DNA of 58,602 nucleotides, counting the filler, from Trypethelium eluteriae (taxonomy: Eukaryota): NCBI GenBank assembly GCA_051942245.1. It is 2 parts of 2 records of this genome, joined end to end, with 100 filler letters (N's around TTAATTAATTAA, not from the genome) between each part and the next. Parts side by side here need not be neighbours in the genome. Positions count along the whole stretch, not along the records: positions 29,395 to 58,602 come from JAVECL010000297.1; 1 more part is not named here. One strand, 5' to 3'. The position numbers and the translations under genes are program-made. The notes beneath the pieces are model-generated. The model had not been told where the DNA came from, did not search any database, and was given only the letters and a program-made list of their open reading frames with translations. Below, piece by piece: positions 39,069 to 49,747 of the stretch. How positions within the stretch are numbered: position 1 is the stretch's first letter; each line of letters begins with the position of its first letter.

Positions 39069-41285
39069 GATGCCCTGCTTTCAAGATCTAAGAGGCCAGC
39101 TCTGGAGAATCAAGCAGCAGCTGCCGTGCTTCTTATGTGCAACAGCCCGGTCTGGAGTGTTGAGGATGATGACGACGCCGCAGAAACCCTATTTGAGCGG
39201 AATGGTGGTGGACAGACAAAGGGGTCTTAAAAAAGCGAATACGGAGGGGCAAGCGAGTGTGACAAGGGATAATAACAATTAAAAAGAATCTATTGAACGC
39301 TACAACGGCAGTGGAAGAGGAGTCTTGTGTTGAGGAGGGAGGTAAAGGTACGAAGGGTTGAAGGGATTTGACAGTTTTAATCACACGCATCCGCATCCGT
39401 ATCCGCATCACCGACCACGCCGTACACATTTGGAGGCCACCAGCCCGTACCTGATGCGTCTCGGCGTCTGGGAAAGGCGCGTCATATTTTTGTTGGCACT
39501 AATCCGGATCGGGCGCTACCCTCGTTCAGGGAACCACTTCGTCTGCCCAACCAATTCGGCCAAGATTCTCTCGCTGAAACCCGACTTGCCAGCTTTATTT
39601 CTGACAGCGCCAAATGATGGAGTAGTGGGAGCGTCTCAATACCTCAGTAGCAGTTGTTACGCTGCCCGACAGAAAGAAGCTTTTGGTGTCGCGTTCATCG
39701 CGGGCGTCAATGAATGTCCTATTCTATCGAGGCCGTCGCCCCTCCACTGCCGACATTTGCATTTCAATAGTCTCCGTATCGAGCAATGACATTATTCTTC
39801 CGTGTGGCGGTGCAAAAAACCATGGGATCCGAGGGGTGCGAGGGTCTTCGCTCCAGAATCTAGAAGGATCCCTTCCCGCTTCCTAGCGAACGCCATCTGC
39901 AAGGGACAGCATCGACACCCTTACTCTCGGTCTCCTCGAATCAGGATGGGCGATTAATATTTGACCTCCTGTCCTGCACTTTTCCCACCTAATATTCAAT
40001 TCTTGCTGTTGAAGTCACGTTGTCTACGTCTTTGCTGTCCTCTCCCGTCGCTGCTGAAATAGGTATTAGTATTGATTCAGTTGAAGTTCCTCACCTAAAC
40101 TAGCGATGGTAGGCAACCGTGCAACCGTGCAATCTGTCAAGACAATCTGGTTGCGTTCAAATGGCAAAATTAGGATTTCGGCGACCATGATTGTCCACGC
40201 TCTGGTATATGAGAGGAAGAGCGAAAGCCGAGGAGGATTTAACAATGTCCAATATATTCTCGTTCATTACTCCTTGAACGGTAAGGTATCTGGTTCCCTC
40301 GACCTTACCTAGGACATCTGCACCCTCTGCAACGTTTGGGCGCTGTATCGAGATCACCGTCATATGGACGACAAGACACGCTTATTTCAATGCCCTATTC
40401 AGCAGCTACTGTCGGTCGGTAGGTAATTGGTCAATACTTCAAATCGTGATGCGTTCTTCGTGTATTCGTGACCGGTGCACTTCACACCACAAGAGTTACT
40501 CGTGTGCAATGGTCTTCGGAGTCCGTCGGATCGTGCGTTTCCTCCTTCTACTCAAACCCCTATGTAGCTGGTAGCTCGGTTCGGAGTTCGCGTCACAAGA
40601 AGCCGGCTTTTGCGTCGCCATGAACGCCTGCGGGGTCTCCAGGATGCTACTCTACCGGTGAAGAGGACCCAGTTGCTTACATAGAGCCGCGTAAGCATAG
40701 CTAAACTCCTTGAATATTCTCTGCCACTACTACTCATACTTCTTTAATCTGGCTTTGAAATACACTGTAGACTTGACGCAGGGCCGACAGGGACAAGATC
40801 CCGGCTTGCAATAGGCTTAGAAATCTATTCCTGAGCGCATCAGGACTAATTCTTGCATTTAGTATGATTATATTCAAGGGATATACGGATGGAACTCCCC
40901 GGAACAACGGCATCCTCAACGGAATAGTCCCGTCTGCATAGATTGAAGGAGCTCCTCGTTTTCCACGGTAATGTGCATAAGCTTCGATCAGCTCGTGTGA
41001 CTTGGACAGCGTAAACCAGTCCCCTGCTCACCAGAGCTAATATAAATGCTATTTCACTGCCTCTCCAATGAGTATAACGGTGAAGACGCTTTGTTAAGTC
41101 AATTCTTTAAACCCTCTTGGTTCTTGGTCCATCTCGCCGCTATTTGGCAAGAATAAAGCTTTGCCCAAAATCTTTCGTGATACATTGCTGTGCCAGTGTA
41201 TCAATTGCTGCAACCCTCTCCAACCAAAACTTCGATACGTATCTCAGTCGAAAAGTTGAAGGTGGTGTATCCCATACTTCTCAAA

Positions 41286-42359
41286 ATGAGTGACCCAGCA
41301 GGTGTACACCTCGTTGGCAGTATACCGCTGAGCTCGACTGAAGAAGTCTTCACGAAGATATGTCAAGAAATCCCGAAAAGGTTGCAAAGTCTTCCCGATG
41401 GCGAGACAGGTTATCGGCACGGCTTTGTCGACTGGCAAACATTTGTCTTTCCTCCAGGCATTCTCCGTGCTGACAAGCGAGATGGTCCTCTTCAGGGAGA
41501 TTTTGAGCCAACGCTGGACGACATCAAGCCAACCAAGTACTCAGAACCTAATGCTGCATCGTATCGGACGTTCCAAAAACTAAGAGAGCAAGGAATCATC
41601 CCGCCAGGAATCAGATTTCAAGTCTCATTGCCAACCCCGATCAACACATGTTTTGCTCATGTGGATTATGCCTATCGACCAAAAGTAGAGCCTCTGTATA
41701 TGCAGCGGGTTGTCCAAGACTTGAAGAATTTACAAGCTATCATTCCCGCCGAAGATCTCGCCATCCAAATTGACTGCGCTATTGAGATGGGATATCTAGA
41801 GTACGAGCGAGGTCGACTATCCCAGTCCAATCTCGTCTATATCGAGGGGCAGCGAAAGGGGGTGATTAATGAGATGTTTAAACCTCATCCTTCGTTGGAG
41901 CCTTTGAAGGAGACGATGGCCGATCGCGTCGCCGAATTATCCTCAGCAGTGGACTTAGGAGTCTTACTTGGGATCCATCTTTGCTACGGAGATCGTGGGC
42001 ATGAACATTTTGTCCAGCCGAAAGACGCTAGTCTTCTCGTAGAAATGGCAAATGCTATTTTGGAGCGGGTCGATCGTCAAATTCAGTGGATTCACATGCC
42101 TGTACCCAGAGAAAGAACGGATATCGACTACTTCAAGCCGCTGCAGGGGTTGAGATTAGGCAAAACGAAGCTGTATCTAGGCCTTGTCCATGCCCAAGAC
42201 CAGAGCGGAACAGAGGAGCGCATAAAGGTTGCCCAGTCTGTGTATGGGCCTTCTTTTGGTGTTGCTACCGAGTGCGGTATGGGAAGAACTGCCAGGGAGG
42301 ACCTTGACAGTATACTCTCAATATCAAAAAAGGTGTCAGCACCGGTGCAGATAGAGTGA
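41286..42359 (+). CDS. UROD/MetE-like protein (single-barrel, related to cobalamin-independent methionine synthase)
   Basis: Intronless. 'VHLVGSIPL', 'LPDGETG.R..FV.WQ', 'RFQVSLPTP', 'LAIQID', Zn-ligand motifs 'IHLCYGD..H.HF' and 'GVATECGMGR'. Confidence 0.82.
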   Translation: MSDPAGVHLVGSIPLSSTEEVFTKICQEIPKRLQSLPDGETGYRHGFVDWQTFVFPPGILRADKRDGPLQGDFEPTLDDIKPTKYSEPNAASYRTFQKLREQGIIPPGIRFQVSLPTPINTCFAHVDYAYRPKVEPLYMQRVVQDLKNLQAIIPAEDLAIQIDCAIEMGYLEYERGRLSQSNLVYIEGQRKGVINEMFKPHPSLEPLKETMADRVAELSSAVDLGVLLGIHLCYGDRGHEHFVQPKDASLLVEMANAILERVDRQIQWIHMPVPRERTDIDYFKPLQGLRLGKTKLYLGLVHAQDQSGTEERIKVAQSVYGPSFGVATECGMGRTAREDLDSILSISKKVSAPVQIE

Positions 42360-43528
42360 GATTATCCTCAATACTGGGTCTCCTTTTAAGTAGTCCAAGG
42401 GAAAAGACTAGACCGGAGTCGGTACTTAAGCTGTTGAGTATTCTCAGATGGGCGAGAAGATTGAAACGCGTGTGAGAACTGATCCTAGCCTTGAACCGAA
42501 ATTAGTCTTGGGGTTGTCTTGCTGCGTGACGTATCAGACCTACCTGGCTTGATTTTGGTCAGTACTCTGTACTTAATTGTCGAGAGTCCTTTGCAAATAT
42601 TTTGACTTTCAAGATCTAGAAGCTCCATAATTTTTGTAGAGTAAACCAGTGTGAAATACCTCAAGAACCTAGTGAGTTTTGGTCCCAAAATTTTGTAGGC
42701 ATTCTACTAAGAGGCCTATGCATTGTCGCTCAGACCGGAGGTACAAGGAAAAGGCAGTCAGAAGTAGCTCGAAAGACAAGGGATTAGCATATTGCTCAAA
42801 ATATCCCAATGGTTTCATAGAGGAATAAAGGCGTGACGGTTCGATTGCTGGAGCATGTAGGTAAGTTTCGTCATGCCGCAAGTGGCGAGCTAGCGTGTAG
42901 GTACGGTGTTATCTTACTCTAATGCCGCGGCCCGAGCCATGGGTAGTACCTTACCTACCTACCTTAGTCTCGCACCCACATGATCCGGCCCGTCAAGCTG
43001 GAACAGCTGGGATGGCTTTCCCATTCCATTGGACATCTGCAACGTGTTGCACCGCATGGGGAGACAAGCAACCCAACCCAAGCTGAGAAGGACTTCGATA
43101 AGAGTAGAGCCTTCTTGTCGTTGCCTGATGATGGGTCTTCACAGATGCTGCGACGCTCATCCCGTATACTCAAGCGACTCAAGACTTCAGCGGGGAAGAA
43201 GCAAGAGAACGAGGACAGACGGAAGAAGAAGGTCGACGAAACTGATGGAATCAAGTCTATACGTTGGTCGAGTCACACAGCTGAGCAAACAACTGCAACA
43301 CGCCCGAAAGAGCCGGAACCTCTTCAACGGCCGATGGCCCCAAAGCCTAGGCTACAGTCAAGACGGGCAGGGTACAACAGCGGAGGAAAGGGGACAGCCA
43401 GTCGTGTCGCACATTCGATCGATCAAAGTCACGTGTGTGTAAGCTCGATCACTCCCGAACGCGTTTCTAGGGCATAAGATCTGTACTTTGCTCCAGTACC
43501 CGGCGTGGTCCCAGAAACAGAGAACAGT

Positions 43529-44674
43529 ATGGATTCGAGCGGCACATCTGCGAGTAGAGGAGACAATCAATCTACCATCAAAGAAAGCCGAGGAGCGTCG
43601 AGCAAGATCAACGAGGCCAAGCTAAGGTACAGGCGCATTTTCCGGCAAGCCTCAGAGGATGAGAAATTAGACCAGCTAAGGACAAAACTTACAACACAAC
43701 TTCCTAGCCAGACGATCGGAGCAGTACCGGGGCTTCTGACCTTGCTTGGGTCGCTTGCAGATGACGCTGAGGAAAATGCTGACGAAGTCTGCCACTCGTT
43801 CCTGGATGACCTTTCGTTCAAGATCGACGAGCGCAAGGCAAATATTGGATTCCCCATCATCAACAAGCGATATTTTGAGGCGAATCTAAGAAGATGCCTT
43901 TCTGGAAATGAGGCGGTATTACAGAGGACTATCATGATGACCGTCTTTGATCAATTTTGGCTCGGCAAAACCTTTGACTGGAACACCGAGGGACAGTGGT
44001 CACAACCAAAGGATAGCCGACTACCCTCTTGGGCGGATGACGATTTGACTTTGCCCAAACCCGATTTGGCAATCAGTTTCGCTCGCGCTTCTCTTACTGT
44101 TGGGGTCGATGACTCTGATCCCATACCTATGGATCTTGAGAAATGTATCTCTCCAGATGGCGGGGACCGTTGTTTTCCATTCCTATTCATGGAAGTTAAG
44201 AAAGCGGCAACTGATCTTCAGGCAGCCTATCTGTTTAATCTCAACAACGCAAGCCAAGCGTTATACAACATGTACCAATGGATGGCTCGGGCTGGCCAAC
44301 TGGACGACTTCTTTGACCAAATTCGAGTATTCTCTCTCGTCTTCAATGCTCAGGAGCTCAATGTTCGCGTTCACCGTGCTAAGCGCTTGGCCGATGATAG
44401 CATTGGTTTCCGCTTTGCTGAGTATAGATCGTTTGCGCGGTACGATAGAGATCAAGCTTGCGTTCTGGTAAGCTCGATCCTGAAAGATTATGCCGCCGAG
44501 GAACTCCATCACATACTAAAAGCGGCGTATGCGGAGGTTATCAGGCAAGAAGACGCACGAGTTGTGGGTAAGCGCAAGGCGAACGCAGCCAGGAACGGAA
44601 ATCCAAAGCGCGCGAGGGCGTCTGGCGATACTGACCCAAATAATTCATTTGGCATGAGTGCGCTCAGTACTTGA
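43529..44674 (+). CDS. Fungal PD-(D/E)XK-like nuclease-fold protein; possible 5' extension to 43145
   Basis: Long intronless ORF with 'NEAVLQRTIM', 'LPKPDLAISF', 'FPFLFMEVKK' (PD...ExK), 'A...N.NNASQAL' and a basic C-terminal NLS-like region. The CDS is well supported; nuclease function is inferred. Confidence 0.7.
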   Translation: MDSSGTSASRGDNQSTIKESRGASSKINEAKLRYRRIFRQASEDEKLDQLRTKLTTQLPSQTIGAVPGLLTLLGSLADDAEENADEVCHSFLDDLSFKIDERKANIGFPIINKRYFEANLRRCLSGNEAVLQRTIMMTVFDQFWLGKTFDWNTEGQWSQPKDSRLPSWADDDLTLPKPDLAISFARASLTVGVDDSDPIPMDLEKCISPDGGDRCFPFLFMEVKKAATDLQAAYLFNLNNASQALYNMYQWMARAGQLDDFFDQIRVFSLVFNAQELNVRVHRAKRLADDSIGFRFAEYRSFARYDRDQACVLVSSILKDYAAEELHHILKAAYAEVIRQEDARVVGKRKANAARNGNPKRARASGDTDPNNSFGMSALST

Positions 44675-45170
44675 ATAGGACTAGAAGCTCGTTACAGCGA
44701 TTGGCGTGCACCGCGTGAAATTCTGTTAGCTCATGTCATTGCTAACGAAATTAGAGCCTTTCGGGTTTGTTGAGAATCTTAGTTTTGGATAACCTTACGA
44801 AGAAACAATGCGTGGAAGATCAATACGTACCATTTCTGTATGGATCTGGCACTATAAGTGAACTTTTGCTACTATCACACCGCAATCTTGTTGGATTTTG
44901 TACACCCGTGAAAGGAATAAGACCTGCTTGCACATAGCAAGCCGGAACTGGTATAAAATCTGCAATCTCACGCACCTGTAACCACCTCTTGCTTGACCCG
45001 CCCTATTGCAGTCCGAACCTAACACGGATATAACGTTGCAATATCCTACGTAGGAGTGGCACTGGATCAACAATCTTGCAAAAGGATTGCGCACGGTGGA
45101 GCAGCTGCCAGCTGTTCTACTGAGGGTTGAAGTCCTCCCCTTCCTTCCCCTTCCCTCCCCGTCCCTCGCC

Positions 45171-48100
45171 TCACCCATCACAGCTACACGCCGGTTTAAG
45201 AGTAGCAAACCACGTGACCTCATTCGCCCCCGGTTGCCAATCATCATCCGTCTGCTCAATCGGTAGACACGTACTCGCCCTCGGATTGCAGCAGAACGCT
45301 CCATTAATGCACGCACAGCCTCCACCGGCAAACGTCTCCCAGCCCCCGATATCATTGCTCGCTTGCCCGTTCGAATGGGGGGTCCCTCCTGGAGCGAACA
45401 TGTCGAAGAGCGTCGAATTATCGCCGCAGGTGAAAATATCGGAGTGCGAGCCGCCGCCGCCCGAGTCGCAGTCGTCGCTGACCGGGGCGTAGGGATTTTG
45501 GGATTGCATGGGGACGTGCGAGGAGCAGGAGGCGGCAAGGGTGAAGGTAAAGCTGCTGGAAGTTGTGGGATCGGGCATTGTGGAAGGCATGGGCTCGCTT
45601 GTCGGGGCTATCGATTGGCCTGAGGGGCCGGGGGAGGTGTAGGGGCACGGGTTATTGCCACTTGCAAAGGAGAAGTGTGCGCCGTCGGTGCATTGGCAGT
45701 AACCCGGATTGCCTTTATCAGGGTCTTGGCTGTATATTTGGTGAGTGTGGCTTTTCTGGCAAGGATTTTCATGGGCAAGTTGCACTTACAATGGCTGACA
45801 ATACGTTGGACCATCGGACGTCGTAGGACTCGGTGATCTTGTTGACGTTGACAACGTAGAACTTGTAGGGGTTGCTGATGTGGCAGATGGAAACGATAAT
45901 GAGGAACCCGAGGTACGACGCCCAGTAGATTCTGGGGGAGTAGAGCTCGTAGAACCCGTCAGACTTCCACTAGAGCCTGATGGAACAGAGCTCGTAGAAC
46001 CAGGGAGACTCCCAGTAGAGCTTGATGAAGTCGAGCTTGCAGAACCCGAGAGACCCCCAGCAGAGCCTGGTAGACTTGAGCTGACAGGACAAGAGTACTA
46101 CATTCTGATTCAGTAACGATGTGAATGATGAGCACGCGGAGCGAAGTACCAGATTAATCACATCTGTCGCAACAACCTGACCATTAACGACCACTGGCTG
46201 ATCGCCCGAGTCTTGAGGCGATGGATTAGCCCGTCCTTTGAGTCTCTTGATCATCCGTGGGGGTGGTAACGGTCTGCCTCTCTCACACCAGCTGTGTCGC
46301 GGACTTTAGCTTCAGAGCGTATAAATTATCGCAGTGCCCAACTTACCCTGTCCATGCATCATTGTAAACAACAGGAAGTATATCAGGAAAACCCCCAAGT
46401 GCGTGATAATTCAAGTTCTGCGGATTGAAATTGACAAACGGATAGCTGGTCCGTTCATAAGCGTACTTCTGTGTGCTTAGAGGCGCTGGCTGGCTAAGAC
46501 TTGATTTGATTGCACGTAAATCCAGGATTTGCTGCGGTCCTTGGCCCTGAGGCAAGTTGCTCGGCACAAGCCACCCTTGGCGAATGCGGCCGATTCCAAG
46601 AAAGTACGCTACGAGTCCGGACTAGTGAAACAGTCAGTGTGCTGGAAGGAGAGAAATTTCACACGAACAAGACACCTACAACTGCCCCGGTGGCAAAACT
46701 TGTCCCTGGTATTGGACGTGTATCCTGCGTGCCGGCAAGAGCAACTGTCACGCTATCGGCCTGCGCGTAAGTATCAATATACCCGAATTGCCTCTGACGC
46801 GAAATGTAGGGCGTTGTATACGGCCATAGGGAGCCGTTGTTATTGACACCACCAACTGTGATTACCGATCTGTAGCTTTGAGATATAGATTGAGGGGTTA
46901 ACCATTGCATGGTATAGGGCACAGTGTTGGGTGGAGGGGGGTCTGCGCTCCCAAACTGCCCAACCGCCGATGTCCCATCATACCATGCGTTCCCGTAATT
47001 ACCTGCAGCGAGTACAAAAGGGACACCTCTTGCATCGCACCATCTGAGCATTTCTTGATAATATTCGTTGAGAGGTACGTCTTCTGGGATGACCTGGCCA
47101 GTATTTCGGTCCCTCCTCAGCGTCTCCCCTAAATTTATTAGCCGCTGTTGGCCAATACTTGGAGAAGCATTATACAAAGAACAGAGAAAGCAAATTTTTG
47201 ACTTACCTCCAGATAGATTGATGACGGCAGAATTCCAATTTCTTTTTCTATCTATCTCGGTCCGCGTCCACGAAAAAGCTTGTCGCATGCGTTGCAGAAA
47301 CAATTGCCTTTGCTCAGGCGTCGGTGGCTGGGTTGACAAAAACGCTTGAACACAAATTATGTTAGCTTTGGAAGCGACGCCGAGATCGATACCAGCGGCC
47401 ACACTAGAAACCATGGTGCCGTGTCCATCGATATCGTGGAACCATTCATTCTCTGGCCAGCCAGTAACTGAGTCTGGACCTCCTCCGCGCTCACCAACTT
47501 GAAGTTCCTAATAAATCAGTACGGAGTTCAATCACGAAGACGGCTGCTTACCTTGTGATTTCGATCACATCCGCCATCAAGGACATAAATACTGGATTGG
47601 TACCCTAAGGAGGGATCAAACAGGTAAGGGTTGTTCCCTGGTGGGTGATCCTTGGTAGGCTGAGAAATAAGCTGAAGATGAGAATAATGAGGCAAACGAG
47701 TGTAAAGGTTTTGGTCTGGAGTGGGATTATTGGATCGTTTGTCGAGGCTTCGATTAGAGGGCTTGTCCATATTCGTCAAGACGTTGAATTTTTGGAAGTT
47801 GACATTCGTCTCATAACCGGATATTGCAGTCTCGATGAAGTCATGTTGTCTTACTTCGGCGGCTTCTTTCCTGCTGAGCTTTGTAAAATACAGATCCCAA
47901 AATGGCTCTCCGTGGTTCAAAAGCCCGTCTTCGGCGGTGTGAGACCCAGGCTCTGGCAATGTCTTGACAAAGTCTTGGAACTTGCCGGGTGGAGCGTCCC
48001 ACTTAGCGGAGATGATGTAAGGTATCCGTGTTGGATCAGACGTGGTCGTAGTTGACGTGCTCGAGGAACGAGTTTTCGTTGCTGATTCTGTGGTATTGGT

Positions 48101-49747
48101 ACTAGTCGCAGTTGTAGCGGACTGAGCTGGAGGCACCGGCCCGTCTTTGGGTTCTTTGCTCCACTGGTAGACCTCGAAGGCAGCCAGTGCCATATTACCT
48201 GTCACAAGAGGGTGATTTTTGGCGTTCTTAAAGATAAGTCGCAGTGTATTATCCACAATTTTTCGATTCTTGCCAACTAATTTTGGAAGGCGCTTAACGA
48301 GGTCTCCGACAGTTTGCAACCAGTCAAACGTGCCACTGCAAGACTTATCAACACCCTGAAACACTCGCTTACCACCTGGTGTGAGCGAGTCAAGCTCGGT
48401 GCCAAGGTTTTCACCTAGACCACTCAATGAAGATCGAGTACTACGTAGACGAGCAGTCCCCGTATTCAACGCATCATCGATAGCAGAGGCGAAGCCGGAG
48501 TCGCCGTTTTCCATGTTTCCAGCAGCCCATTTCGCACCCTCGTCCATGACCTTATTGATAGAAGACGAGGCCTCTCGGGCGTCAGATGCAATACCACCAA
48601 GGGCGTGCAGAAGTCCCGCGAAGCCCAGCAGCCCCCCAGTAGACGGCTTCTTTGTAGGTCCAGGTTGGGCGACAATCGTGTTAGATCCTGAAGACCCAGC
48701 AGATCCAGATGCAGTAAGAGAGGTACTCTCCGAGACCGGCGGGACAGGAAAGGTTTGCAAATCAATGACAACGGCCGAGGGTTCCAAGACTAGTGTGGAT
48801 CCGTCTTCTCGAGGAAGTTCTACCCTGCTTTGCGGCAGTAAGTAGGTTTCACCGTTAATAATTACGTCCGTAACAGCTGCTGGATTTTCGAAATGAGTCG
48901 GTGAGGGTGTCTCTACCGTAATTGGCACACCTCCAATCGTGATGCCTTTCGAAGCTTGATCGGTTGACGAAGCAGTTGACGAGGGAAATGGTACGCTTGA
49001 TGAGCCGACTACTATACCCCCGGATTCTAAGACTATTGGGGAGCCGCTTGCACGCGTGATAGTTTCTGAGCCATAGCCAACGTCGTAGGTGGTAGAGTTG
49101 ATCACCACCTGAGGCAGGTTTGTAGCAGATGATGTTCGATTAAGACTGCTTGAACCGCGTGTAGAAGTCGAATTAAGATGATGACTTGAATGAGTACTAT
49201 TGCCTGTATGAAACTGTGTGGGAGTAGACGTTGGTCGTGGTCGCTTGGAATTTGTCCTACTCTCTGAGGTGTGGTCTGTAGTGCGCTTTGGTGCTGTCGA
49301 GTTTCCCGCCATTGTAGCGTTCATAGAAGTACACGGCGGAAGTAAATCAGATGAATTGTGGTGGCTGGTATTATGTGACGATGGGTTCAAGGAATGACTG
49401 TGGAACGAGTCTTGCAGAAAGGACGAGTGCAAAGCGTGCGAAGAGTAGTTGGAATGGGAGGTGTGCTGCGGACGACAGGCGCTCGCCGAGATTGAGGAGG
49501 GTCGTGATGTCGTATGGTTATGGGATGTCGTGGAAGGTGTATTCCGTGAAGTTGAGTGGTGCGAAGATGTGGACGAAGATGTATCGGCAAGTACCAACAA
49601 TGCTGCAAGCTCCTCAGTATTGGAAGAGATGATAGGTGAGGACACACTAACTGCTTCGGGGTGCACAAAGATACAAAAGCACATAGATCTAGTCCATGTC
49701 AGGTCAGTCACAAGATAACGCTAGCGGTTGCTTACGAAAAGGTACAT
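45171..49747 (-). CDS. Large modular secreted subtilisin-like (S8) protease, ~1,350-1,400 aa, about 8 introns
   Basis: Spliced signal peptide MYLF|IYVLLYLCAPRS|TLLVLA. Catalytic motifs 'IYVLDGG', 'DGHGTMVSSVAAG', 'VINLSGG', oxyanion 'FVLAAGN', 'ITVGGV' and 'GTSFA...SGLVAYFL'. Canonical introns link it in frame to the Cys-rich last exon ending 'ACSCDG*'. Confidence 0.88.
45905..46080 (-). repeat. Intragenic 45-nt (15-aa) degenerate tandem repeat in the subtilase Ser/Gly linker
   Basis: gagct(c/t)g(t/c)agaacc recurs at ~45942, 45987 and 46032. Protein units are GSAGGLSGSASSTSS / SSTGSLPGSTSSVPS / GSSGSLTGSTSSTPP. Confidence 0.8.

Noticed and set aside
43505..47700. Gasdermin-subtilase (het-Q-like) pair
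   Set aside because: The protease has a signal peptide and the neighbour shows a PD...ExK motif, not recognisable gasdermin features.
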